Below, in pieces: positions 48,991 to 57,949 of a stretch of 64,000 bases of DNA. Each line of letters opens with the position of its first letter. Positions within the stretch are counted from its first letter, which is position 1. The translations under genes were made by a program, and so were the position numbers. Source of the stretch: Gemmatimonadales bacterium (GTDB lineage: Bacteria; Gemmatimonadota; Gemmatimonadetes; Gemmatimonadales; GWC2-71-9); contig JBBCJC010000002.1 of the NCBI GenBank assembly GCA_037189525.1, positions 416,001 to 480,000 of the forward strand, in the 5' to 3' direction. The notes below the pieces were generated by a model. It searched no databases and was not told the origin of the DNA. It was given only the letters and a program-made list of their open reading frames with translations.

Positions 48991-49377
48991 ATGGATCCCC
49001 AGGCCACGGAGGGTTTCATAGCTGTGATACGTTGCTGGACTACAGCCGGACTGCTGTTTGCAGGTCTTGTCGGATGTGGAACGGAGCCCGAAGAACTGCC
49101 GCTCCCGCCGCCGCCGGGGAACCTCATGTTCCCGAATCCGTATGTCGTGCCCAGTGACACCTCCATATCCCCGGGCGATTCGCTGCAATTTCGTGTCGCC
49201 AACACGATCATCGCGGATTCTCTCTGGCGTTGGAGTGTCGATGATACGTCGATTGCCACGATCGACGAGCGATCTGGGGCTGCCCGCGCACGACTGCCGG
49301 GTAAGACTCGGGTCCAGACCTGCACTGCGCGCCCTCCCGGTCCGATCTGTTACGGAGCGTCGCTCACGGTCCAGTAG
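48991..49377 (+). CDS. Small lipoprotein with Ig-like (Big_2-like) domain
   Basis: LVGC lipobox, Pro stretch, WSVDDTSIATIDERSG; start uncertain (48991 or 49024). Confidence 0.6.
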   Translation: MDPQATEGFIAVIRCWTTAGLLFAGLVGCGTEPEELPLPPPPGNLMFPNPYVVPSDTSISPGDSLQFRVANTIIADSLWRWSVDDTSIATIDERSGAARARLPGKTRVQTCTARPPGPICYGASLTVQ

Positions 49378-49402
49378 GTCGGCAGAAACCGGACTGCGTA
49401 CC

Positions 49403-50320
49403 TCACCCCGTGGCGAGTTGCTCGCGCACCGCCTCGAGATGCCTCGGATCACCGCTTTCCAGTGCGAACAGGGCATACTTGAGGGGAGCAGTTGCCGTAC
49501 GCTCGGTGATATGATGGATCATTGCCGGCCAACTGCGGCCGCCCGCGCGCTGGTAACCCGCTACCAACTGCTCGAGCCCCGCGGGTCCGAATGCCGTGAG
49601 ATGTCCGCAGAAATCGATCGACGGGTCGTCCACCGCCGCTTCGGTCCAATCGATCATCCCGGTCACCTGATCATCCGCACCGACCAGGATGTGGCCCGCG
49701 TAGAGGTCGCCGTGGATTACGGTGGCGAAATCGGGCCACGATGTGTCGTCGTCGAGCCAGGTCTCCCAACGGCGGCGGAGTGATGGGCCAATCACAAATT
49801 CTTGCGCAACGCGATCCAGGTCCCGATATAAGGCCTGCCGCGCCTGCGCAGCCGTCGAATGAGGCAGCCCTGCTTCGATGGCGTCGGGGATCGATAGGCT
49901 ATGCAGGGCGGCCAGCGCCTCTGCGAGGCTCGCGGGGAAGCGGGGCGACGCCGAATCGATCTGCCAGGCCGGTGTCCAAGTGGCGCCGTCGACCACCATT
50001 GCGGTGCGGTGGTCGAGTCGCGGATAGGCGACCAGGTCCGGTGCCGCCACACGCCAATCCGGCACCGCAAAGGGAACCCGCGGCGCCAGGAAACGAAGTG
50101 TACGTGCCTCGCGCTCGATCTTGGGTACGACATCGCCCCGCCGAGGCATGCGCAACATCCATCGCTGCCCGGTTCGGTCGGTTGCTGTTGCGACCCGGAA
50201 ATCGAGGCCCAGTTCGTTGATATCGAGGATCTCGATGAGGTCGAGCCCATGACGCCGTGCCAGGACAAGTATGTCCTGGGGTTGGCCGGGCGGTTCGGGT
50301 GTCGAGGTTGGCGTTGTCAT
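49403..50320 (-). CDS. mph: Macrolide 2'-phosphotransferase family protein
   Basis: INELGLDFRV, WMLRMPRR, PFAVPDWRV, LVAYP, W..WLDDDTSWPDF, HGDLYAGHIL, IDWTEA..DDPSIDF. Confidence 0.9.
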   Translation of the reverse strand: MTTPTSTPEPPGQPQDILVLARRHGLDLIEILDINELGLDFRVATATDRTGQRWMLRMPRRGDVVPKIEREARTLRFLAPRVPFAVPDWRVAAPDLVAYPRLDHRTAMVVDGATWTPAWQIDSASPRFPASLAEALAALHSLSIPDAIEAGLPHSTAAQARQALYRDLDRVAQEFVIGPSLRRRWETWLDDDTSWPDFATVIHGDLYAGHILVGADDQVTGMIDWTEAAVDDPSIDFCGHLTAFGPAGLEQLVAGYQRAGGRSWPAMIHHITERTATAPLKYALFALESGDPRHLEAVREQLATG

Positions 50321-50333
50321 GGCTGCAACGGGA

Positions 50334-50684
50334 TCAGAGCAGTTTCGCGCCGAGTGGCACGTTCTGGTCGGGAATACAGAGGACGACGTCGCCGTGCTCG
50401 TTGTGAAATCCGGTGACCAGGCACTCGGAACGGATCGGGCCGATCTGCTTGGTCGGGAAGTTGATCACCCCGACGACCAGCTTGCCGATCAGCTCTTCAC
50501 GCCGGTACACCCGGGTAATCTGCGCGCTCGACTTCTTGATACCGATATCCGGGCCGAAGTCGACGTGCAGGATGTAGGCCGGTTTCCGTGCTTCGGGAAA
50601 CTCCGCCGCTTCGACGACTCGGCCCACTCGAATTTCGACCTTTTCGAAATCGCCCCACGAAATCGTTTCCATCGGTTCGCTCAT
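50334..50684 (-). CDS. csaA: CsaA tRNA-binding / chaperone protein
   Basis: DFEKVEIRVG, FPEARKPAY, KKSSAQIT, NFPTKQIG, SECLVTGF. Confidence 0.92.
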   Translation of the reverse strand: MSEPMETISWGDFEKVEIRVGRVVEAAEFPEARKPAYILHVDFGPDIGIKKSSAQITRVYRREELIGKLVVGVINFPTKQIGPIRSECLVTGFHNEHGDVVLCIPDQNVPLGAKLL

Positions 50685-50758
50685 CTGGAGAGTAGGCGGA
50701 GCCGGTGCAGCTCCCGGACCTCGCGGTCGGAAAATAGCTGGATCGGCTCAGCACCAAC

Positions 50759-50787
50759 GAAAAAGCACGCCCCGAGGGAGCGTGCTT
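50759..50787 (-). terminator. Rho-independent terminator of the DUF305-LVIVD operon
   Basis: Minus strand aagcacgc-tccctcggg-gcgtgctt running into a T tract. Confidence 0.75.
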
Positions 50788-50812
50788 GGTTCGAACCGTA
50801 TCGGTCGCCCGA

Positions 50813-52540
50813 TCAGCGCACGCTCAGCTCCCGCACCACGCGCGACAGGGCGCGGACCCGGGCGGGGTCGCCCGAGCCGGCCGCTTCGCGATCGAGGTCG
50901 ACCGCCAGCTTCGTGAGCGCCGTCCGCTGGGCAGCGCCGGCCAGGCGTTCCGTGCGGGTGAGTTCGGCGGCCAGCTGCGTCGTCCGAGTGCGCGGCAGAC
51001 CGGATCCACGCACCAGCTGATCGAGGTAGGCGCGGGCCACGTTGAAGCTCGGCGTCCAGACGATCTTCGGCTGCAGCTGGGCGTTGAACTCCGCCACCCG
51101 CACTTCTTTGGCCGCATTGATTTCGTGCTGGCTCAGGTGTTCGGTGGGCACCAGCTCGAGCACGTCGAGCCCGCGGGCGATTTCCGAACCGTAGATGTAC
51201 CCGTTGTACCAGTAGGCCGACCAGTGCCCGGCCTGGATCAGTCGGTCATTCGACATCGGGCCGCGATCGAAGAACGCGATCTCGACCGGCTTGGTCGGAT
51301 CGGTAAAGTCGATGATCGAGATACCGCCCTGATACCACGACTGGACGAACAGATCGCGTCCCGGGACGGGAATCAGCGACCCGTTGTGCGCGACGCAGTT
51401 CTCCTGCTCCGTCTGCGCAGCAGGAATCTTGAAGAAGCTGGCCGGGGTCAGCTTGCCATTGTCGAGACGATAGATCGCGTTCGCGCCCCACTCCGCCCGG
51501 TCCGTCGCGCGGCATCGTGGCGCGCTGCCGCCGCCCCATTCGTCGGTGAACAGGAGCGACGTGCCGTCGTTGTTGAACGTGGCGGAATGCCAATACGCGA
51601 AGTTCGGGTCGCTGACCTCACTGATCCGGACCGGATTGGACGGATCGCGGATGTCGAGCAGAATCCCGTTGCCCGAGCAGGCGCCGGCGGCCAGGCCCAG
51701 GTCCGGATACGCGGTAATGTCGTGGCACATGTTGGTCTCGCGGGTATTCTGCGTCCCGGTCCCGTGGTCGCCGCCGCGCCACAGACCGGCCACATTACCC
51801 GACGCATCGGCGAAGAGCCGCGGAGCATTGACGATCCGCGCGTTCTCGGGAGCGGACAGCGGGACTTGGATGATCTCGATCCGGAAGAGCGAGGTGTTGG
51901 GATCTTCCTCGGGCCGCGCGCCCGAGCAACCGGCGAGTTCCTGGCCCGAGCGGACCGCGCTGGTGCCCGAGACGTACACGTAGATGTTCTCGTGGTCGCC
52001 GGGGCGCGTCACCAGCGTGTGCGTGTGCGACCCGCGGCAGGTCTGGACCGAGGCGACCACCTTGGGGTTCGCGATGTCGCTGATGTCGTAGATCCGGACT
52101 CCGCGGAATCGTTCCGTGCTCACGGTGTCGACCACGCCCTGGTCGCCACAATCGAGCCGGGCGCTGGTGGCCTGGATCGAGATGAAGAGCAGATTGCCGT
52201 AGACCGACGGGTCGCCCTGGTTCCCGGGGCACAGAATCGAATTCCGCATCACCGGCTTGGCCGGGTTCGACACGTCCCAGAACTTGAACCCGGCGTAGTT
52301 GCCCTGAATGACGTAGTTCCCCTGGAATGCCAGATCGGAGTTGCCGAAGCCCGGCTGCGTACCAGACGGGTCGAACCCGGCGGGACGGGGATGCGTGGCA
52401 ACGAGCTTGAGACCGCGGGCGGCTTGCCCGGCATCGTGGATTCCGGCTTTGAGGCCGACTCGAGGGTCGGCAGCTTGCGCCGATGCGACGGCGGGAAGCG
52501 CAAGCGACAAGAGGAGCGCGGCGTGGGTGACTTTCATCAT
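50813..52540 (-). CDS. Exported LVIVD-repeat beta-propeller protein
   Basis: Signal peptide; NSDLAF, repeated (F/I)xDxSxPxxP blades, GSHTHT, CHDIT, YWHSATF, CVAHNG. Confidence 0.88.
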   Translation of the reverse strand: MMKVTHAALLLSLALPAVASAQAADPRVGLKAGIHDAGQAARGLKLVATHPRPAGFDPSGTQPGFGNSDLAFQGNYVIQGNYAGFKFWDVSNPAKPVMRNSILCPGNQGDPSVYGNLLFISIQATSARLDCGDQGVVDTVSTERFRGVRIYDISDIANPKVVASVQTCRGSHTHTLVTRPGDHENIYVYVSGTSAVRSGQELAGCSGARPEEDPNTSLFRIEIIQVPLSAPENARIVNAPRLFADASGNVAGLWRGGDHGTGTQNTRETNMCHDITAYPDLGLAAGACSGNGILLDIRDPSNPVRISEVSDPNFAYWHSATFNNDGTSLLFTDEWGGGSAPRCRATDRAEWGANAIYRLDNGKLTPASFFKIPAAQTEQENCVAHNGSLIPVPGRDLFVQSWYQGGISIIDFTDPTKPVEIAFFDRGPMSNDRLIQAGHWSAYWYNGYIYGSEIARGLDVLELVPTEHLSQHEINAAKEVRVAEFNAQLQPKIVWTPSFNVARAYLDQLVRGSGLPRTRTTQLAAELTRTERLAGAAQRTALTKLAVDLDREAAGSGDPARVRALSRVVRELSVR

Positions 52541-53127
52541 CGGGTCTCGGCGGAGGAGAGGTTCTTGAGGAGGTTTTGCATCCGTTGGATTTCGGCGCGC
52601 TGGTCGGCTTCGATGTCCGCGGCGAGCCGGAAGATTTCCGTTTCCTGGCCGGAGGCGGGGGTGCCGAACAGCGTTTTGACCATGGTGATGGCGCCCTCGT
52701 GGTGGCGAATCATCAACTCGAGGAAGAGGCGATCGAACGCGGTCCCGTGCAGCGTCGCGAGCCGGTCCAGCTCATCCTGCGTCAGCATCCCGGCCATGAG
52801 CGTGGCGCCGTGATGGTGGTGACTGGACGAGGTCGAGTCGGGAAGGGCCTCCTTGCGATCGAGGAGCCACTGCCGCATCAGCGCGATCTCGTCTTTCTGC
52901 GAGACGTCGATCCGCTCGGCGAGCATCCGGACCGGGGTGAACTGACTGCGATCGGGAACCAGGCGGGACATGACGACCGCCTGGCCATGGTGGGCGATCA
53001 TCCCGCGCATGAACTCCGCGTCCGCGGCGGTGTGACGAATCTGGGCATCGGCCGGCCGGATGATCAGAAGCGCCAACAGGATCGCGGCGAGCAGCGACGC
53101 CGGGCGTCGAAAATCGTTCGGTTGCAT
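52537..53127 (-). CDS. DUF305 domain protein (ferritin-like), exported
   Basis: ADAEFMRGMIAHHGQA, SQKDEI, HHHH, MAGM, FLELMIRHHEGA, QRAEI. Confidence 0.92.
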   Translation of the reverse strand: MQPNDFRRPASLLAAILLALLIIRPADAQIRHTAADAEFMRGMIAHHGQAVVMSRLVPDRSQFTPVRMLAERIDVSQKDEIALMRQWLLDRKEALPDSTSSSHHHHGATLMAGMLTQDELDRLATLHGTAFDRLFLELMIRHHEGAITMVKTLFGTPASGQETEIFRLAADIEADQRAEIQRMQNLLKNLSSAETR

Positions 53128-53183
53128 CCAGGGAAATTACCGCCCAAACCGGCCGATCGGAATCGTGGCGTTGCCGGTGGTGC

Positions 53184-55025
53184 GTGGGGCAGGCTGGAGA
53201 TATTCTGAGGGGTTCGCGTACCCTCGCCTCGACCATAGAGGACTCTCTGCTACTCTTCTCGCTCCGCCTGATTCGTCCCTACCGCGGATGGCTGCTGATC
53301 GTGGCCGTGGCCTTGTTGGTCGAGACGGCCACCAGTCTGGCCTCCCCCTGGCCGCTCAAGATCGTGCTGGATTCCGTGCTCGATGGGCGCCCCGTGCCGG
53401 CCTCCTGGCATTGGATCACGGGTCCTGAACCGAGCCGGCTGTTGTTGCTCAATCTGGCGGCGGGGGCCACGGTCGTGATCGCCCTGCTCCAGGCGGGCAG
53501 CGCCTACGTCGCGGCCTACTATACGGTCAGCATCGGCCAGTGGATTGCCCATGATCTCCGCCAGAGCGTCTATGCCCACCTGCAGCGCCTCTCGATGTCC
53601 TATCACGAGCGGCAGAAGCAGGGTCCGCTGATCAGTACGATCACCGACGATATCAATGCGGTCCAGAACTTTGCCTCGACCTCGCTGCTCGATCTGCTGA
53701 TCGACACGTTGACGGTGGTCGGCATGCTGGCCATCATGTTTGCGATCAACTGGCGCTTTACCCTGGTGGCCCTGGCGGTGACGCCGCTCGTGGCCCTGTT
53801 CGTGATCCGTTTGCGCGGGGCGGTCCGGGAAGCAACCCACGACGTGCGGCGTCGCCAGAGTGAGATCGTCTCGGTGGTCCAGGAAGGACTGGGCGCGATT
53901 CGCGTGGTCAAAGCGTTTGCGCAGGGAGCGTTCGAACGGCAGCGGCTCGAGGTCAAGAGCCGAGAGAGCGTCGAAGCGGCCCTGCATGCCCGGCGAGTGC
54001 GGTCGTTGCTGGGGCCGGTGGTGACCTCGTTGACGGCGCTTGGCACGGCGGCGGTACTCTGGTTTGGCGCGAGGGAAGTGCTGGCGGGGGCCATGACGGC
54101 CGGGGCGCTGGTGATCTTCATCAACTATCTCGGTCGATTGTTCCGGCCCATCCAGGCAATTGCCCGGGCCAGTACCGATATTGCGCAGGCGGCGGTCGGG
54201 CTCGAGCGGGTGCGGGCGGTCCTCGATGCCGACGACCGTCTCCCTCGCGCGCCGAACGCGCGGCAGCTCGATCGGGTGGCGGGGCGCGTGGAGTTTCGGA
54301 ATGTCACCTTCGGCTATGATCCCGAGCGGCCGGTGCTCGAAGAGATCAACCTCGATGTGCAGCCCGGACAGTTGATCGGCCTGGTGGGCAAGAGCGGTAG
54401 CGGGAAATCCACGCTGGCCAGTCTGATTCCCCGGTTCTATGACCCCACTTCCGGTGTCGTCGCCATCGACGGTGAGGATATCCGTCAGGTCGGCATTCGG
54501 TCGCTCCGGCGCCAGATCGGATTCGTGCTGCAGGAAACCCAACTCTTCCACGCGCCGGTCTGGCAGAACATTGCGTACGGAAAACCGGACGCGACGCGAG
54601 AGGAAATCGTCAACGCTGCCACGCTGGCACAGGCGCATCAGTTCATCGAGGCGCTTCCCGAGGGCTACGATACGATCGTCGGGCAGGGGGGACAGCCCCT
54701 CTCGGGCGGCCAGCGGCAGCGGCTCGGCATAGCCCGCGCGATGGTGCGGGGCGCGCCGATCCTGATCCTGGACGAGCCGACCTCCGGCCTGGACCTGGAG
54801 AGCGAGCGGCTGGTCTTCGAGGGGCTCAACCGGCTGCGAGCCGGCCGCACCACGTTCGTGATTGCGCACCGACTGGCCACGATTCGCAACGCCGATCAGA
54901 TCGTCGTGCTCGAGGCCGGCCGGATTGCCGAACGCGGACGACATGATGAACTGATCGCGGCCAACGGCATCTACGCTGCGTTGTACGCATCGCAAGCCGC
55001 CGTTGCGCCGGGAACGCTGCTATGA
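53184..55025 (+). CDS. ABC transporter, fused permease/ATPase (ABCB type)
   Basis: Six TM plus GKSGSGKS, LSGGQRQR, ILDEPTS, IAHRL; start uncertain. Confidence 0.92.
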   Translation: MGQAGDILRGSRTLASTIEDSLLLFSLRLIRPYRGWLLIVAVALLVETATSLASPWPLKIVLDSVLDGRPVPASWHWITGPEPSRLLLLNLAAGATVVIALLQAGSAYVAAYYTVSIGQWIAHDLRQSVYAHLQRLSMSYHERQKQGPLISTITDDINAVQNFASTSLLDLLIDTLTVVGMLAIMFAINWRFTLVALAVTPLVALFVIRLRGAVREATHDVRRRQSEIVSVVQEGLGAIRVVKAFAQGAFERQRLEVKSRESVEAALHARRVRSLLGPVVTSLTALGTAAVLWFGAREVLAGAMTAGALVIFINYLGRLFRPIQAIARASTDIAQAAVGLERVRAVLDADDRLPRAPNARQLDRVAGRVEFRNVTFGYDPERPVLEEINLDVQPGQLIGLVGKSGSGKSTLASLIPRFYDPTSGVVAIDGEDIRQVGIRSLRRQIGFVLQETQLFHAPVWQNIAYGKPDATREEIVNAATLAQAHQFIEALPEGYDTIVGQGGQPLSGGQRQRLGIARAMVRGAPILILDEPTSGLDLESERLVFEGLNRLRAGRTTFVIAHRLATIRNADQIVVLEAGRIAERGRHDELIAANGIYAALYASQAAVAPGTLL

Positions 55026-55055
55026 TCGAAAACGCCTCGATCGGATAGAGACGCC

Positions 55056-55388
55056 ATGAATGCCTCGACGACCGCACCGTACTGCGTCGTGCAGACCACC
55101 GTAGCCGACCCCGAGCAGGCCGAAGCGCTCGCGCGCGCCATCGTCGACGCCAAACTCGGCGCCTGCGTCCAGGTCCAGCCGATCCGGAGTTACTACACCT
55201 GGGAGGGCGCGGCGCGCGCCGATGACGAACAGCTCCTGACCATCAAAACGCGCGGAGCCTGCTATCAGGCGCTCGAATCGCTGCTGCTGGCCCGTCACCC
55301 CTACGAGGTACCCGAGATCATCGCACTCCCGATGACCGAAGGATCGGCCGCCTATCTCGCCTGGATCGACGAGGTGACCGCGCACTGA
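55056..55388 (+). CDS. cutA: Divalent-cation tolerance protein CutA
   Basis: LGACVQ, SYYTWEG, IKT, HPYEVPEII, YLAW. Confidence 0.93.
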   Translation: MNASTTAPYCVVQTTVADPEQAEALARAIVDAKLGACVQVQPIRSYYTWEGAARADDEQLLTIKTRGACYQALESLLLARHPYEVPEIIALPMTEGSAAYLAWIDEVTAH

Positions 55389-55461
55389 TCATATCCGGGT
55401 CTACCATCGCGCGCCGTGTTCCGTTTTCTTCCGTTGCCCTCGTCATGAAACGGAGCAGGAC

Positions 55462-56238
55462 ATGGTGCGACGCGGAGCGACCCTGGCGATGGCCGTCCTG
55501 AGCGCGACGGCTCCGCTTGCAGCGCAGAACGATGCGGACGACAAGAGTGAATCACTCGCGGTCAACTTCGGGATCGTCAACGCGGCGGGCAACACGAGTT
55601 CGACGATCATCAATGTCGGGAACCGCTTCGTGGTCGATCCCCGGGAATCGAAGTTCAAGTTCACCCAGACCTTCAACGCCGTGAAGAGCGCGGCGGGTAA
55701 CACGGCCTCGGCCGCCAACTATCGGGCCCAGCTCCGGTTCGATCGCGGCCTGGGCGAGCGCTTCTATCTCTTTGCCATGACGGGGTGGGAGCGCAATGTC
55801 CCGGCGGGTCTGGGCCGTCGATTCGAGGAAACGGTCGGGCTGGCCTATCAGGTGCTGTCGACCAAGACCGACCGACTCGGTGTGGAAAGCGGAATCTCCT
55901 TCTACCAGCAGAGCACCATCGAAGCAGGGCGCGAGGAACCGGTCGATGACGAGTATGTGGCCGGTCGTCTCGCAGGCCGGTACCGCCGCGCGCTGGTCGG
56001 CGCCGCATTTCTGCTGCAGGAGGTGGAGTTCATTCCGAACTTCGAAGTTCACCATGACTTCCGCATCAATACCGAGACGGCGCTGGTTGCCCCGATTTCG
56101 GGCACCCTCGGCCTCAAACTGGGCTATACATTTCGCTACGACAACATGCCCGGGCAACTCGCCACGCCGCATGAATCCGGAAACCGTCTCCGGAAATCGG
56201 ATCGATTGCTCACGGCGGGGTTGCGGTTGACGTACTAG
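55462..56238 (+). CDS. DUF481-like outer-membrane beta-barrel
   Basis: Signal peptide; GNTSS, NTETALVAPI...LKLGY..RYDN.P, C-terminal GLRLTY. Confidence 0.8.
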   Translation: MVRRGATLAMAVLSATAPLAAQNDADDKSESLAVNFGIVNAAGNTSSTIINVGNRFVVDPRESKFKFTQTFNAVKSAAGNTASAANYRAQLRFDRGLGERFYLFAMTGWERNVPAGLGRRFEETVGLAYQVLSTKTDRLGVESGISFYQQSTIEAGREEPVDDEYVAGRLAGRYRRALVGAAFLLQEVEFIPNFEVHHDFRINTETALVAPISGTLGLKLGYTFRYDNMPGQLATPHESGNRLRKSDRLLTAGLRLTY

Positions 56239-56329
56239 CCGCACGGAGGGCGCGGGGCTGGACTATTGACGGATCCGCGTTCGGGGGCGAAGCTCAGGTA
56301 GCGAACCCCGAGCTGAAGGAGCCGCCCCT

Positions 56330-56956
56330 ATGTGCCGGTATGCTCTGATTGCCGTTGCTGCCCTGGCAGGCGCTGATGTGATGGAGGCGCAGGCGCCACG
56401 CGTGGCTGCCGCCGTGGATCTTCGCAGTCTCTCGAACGGAATGGATCCCTCGGTCGGCGTCATGGTCCAGGCCGCGCTGGTACGCGCTCGCAACGAGCGT
56501 GGATCCATTGCGCTAGGTCCGGAGGTGATTTTCCACTATCAAGGCGTCGACCGCGGCGCGCCGTGTTCCACCGATCGGACGGTGGCGTGTGAACGCCTGC
56601 TCGAGTCGATGGCGGGCGGAGTGGGCCTCCGCGCAGAGTACCGGGGCCGTCTCGGCGGACTCCGGACCTATGGGTTCGTCGTACCGGGGCTGGGATTGGC
56701 CTTTCGTCGCCGCGATTTGAACTTCGACGACTGTCCGCGGCCGCCGATGGCGCCGCTCAGGGGAATGCCGGGCATCTGTATGGGACGAGGGCTGGTCGAG
56801 GAACGGACTCTCGCCGGCAGCATCATGATGGGCGGCGGTGCAGGCGTCGAAGTCGATCTCGGAAAGCCGCTGATGTTCATCGAAAGCGGATTCCGCGCAT
56901 CGGCGGGGAACATCAAGTCGCTCTGGACCCCGATTGCCATAGGGGTCCGCTGGTAG
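56330..56956 (+). CDS. Hypothetical small outer-membrane beta-barrel
   Basis: Signal peptide, AAGGAG RBS, amphipathic strands, C-terminal PIAIGVRW. Confidence 0.65.
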   Translation: MCRYALIAVAALAGADVMEAQAPRVAAAVDLRSLSNGMDPSVGVMVQAALVRARNERGSIALGPEVIFHYQGVDRGAPCSTDRTVACERLLESMAGGVGLRAEYRGRLGGLRTYGFVVPGLGLAFRRRDLNFDDCPRPPMAPLRGMPGICMGRGLVEERTLAGSIMMGGGAGVEVDLGKPLMFIESGFRASAGNIKSLWTPIAIGVRW

Positions 56957-57116
56957 TCGTCGCCCTGCCATCGCGCAGGACGATCGAGCGCCAGGCACGC
57001 ATAATCGGACCGCCGGACCAACCGGACATGATGGCAGGCGGGCTGCCTCGATCGCGGACCGATCGAACGTCGCCGCCGGATGCTGTATACCCGATGCAAT
57101 AACATTAGGAGGAGAC

Positions 57117-57503
57117 ATGACCGGAGCCTACAAACCGAGCGGTTATCCCTCGGTCGCGCCGTACCTGATCGTCGACGGCGCGGCAGCGACGATCGATTTC
57201 CTGATCGGCGCGCTCGATGCCGTGGCAATCCGGCAGTTTGCTGCGCCCGACGGTCGGATCATGCATGCGGAAGTCCGCATCGATGATACCGTCGTGATGG
57301 TTGCTGACAGCGCTCCAGGTTGGCCGGCCATGGCGGCCCATGTGCATGTGTACGTGAAGGACGTCGATACGACCTATCGGCGCGCCCTGACCGCCGGGGC
57401 GACCTCGGTGCAGGAGCCGGTCAAGAAGGAAGATGAAGACAAGCGAGGCGGGGTGCGGGATAGCGGAGGAACCACCTGGTGGATCGCGACCCGAATCGGC
57501 TGA
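57117..57503 (+). CDS. VOC family (PhnB-like glyoxalase) protein
   Basis: PYLIVDGA, IMHAEVRIDD, YVKDVD, RGGVRD.GGTTWWIAT; AGGAGG RBS. Confidence 0.9.
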   Translation: MTGAYKPSGYPSVAPYLIVDGAAATIDFLIGALDAVAIRQFAAPDGRIMHAEVRIDDTVVMVADSAPGWPAMAAHVHVYVKDVDTTYRRALTAGATSVQEPVKKEDEDKRGGVRDSGGTTWWIATRIG

Positions 57504-57545
57504 CGTCCCGGTAACGCACCGCGGGCGGGGGCCTCGCTACCAACT

Positions 57546-57604
57546 CCCCTTGCTTACCGAGATGAAGAATCGTAGCTTGGATCATCATCTCGGTTACCGT
57601 GGGG
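57546..57604 (+). promoter_or_regulatory. Second padR promoter with two operators
   Basis: CCCCT-N9-AGATG over -35 TTGCTT; N17; -10 TAGCTT; then CATCT-N9-TGGGG over the RBS. Confidence 0.65.
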
Positions 57605-57613
57605 AGTCGCGCG

Positions 57614-57949
57614 ATGAGTCGTCCCGCCGATCTGGTGCAGGGCACCCTGGACCTCCTGATCCTCAAGTTGCTGGCGCTCGAGCCGCTCAACGGCTGGTCG
57701 ATCAGCCTGCGACTCAAGCAACTCTCGTCCGATGTGTTGCAGGTCAGCGACGGCTCGCTCTATCCCGCACTGCATAAACTGGAACAACAGGGCTGGATCA
57801 AAGCCGAGTGGCGTGTCACGGAAAACAATCGCCGAGCGCGGTTCTATTCGTTGACGCGGCCGGGGCGACGCCGGCTCGAGCAGGAACGGCAGCAGTGGGA
57901 GCGGTTGTCGGGCGCCATCCACGCCGTCGTCTCGTTGCGGGAGGCATGA
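57614..57949 (+). CDS. PadR family regulator (acidobacterial type)
   Basis: LVQGTLDLLILK, GSLYPALHKLE, WRVTENNRRARFY. Confidence 0.93.
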   Translation: MSRPADLVQGTLDLLILKLLALEPLNGWSISLRLKQLSSDVLQVSDGSLYPALHKLEQQGWIKAEWRVTENNRRARFYSLTRPGRRRLEQERQQWERLSGAIHAVVSLREA

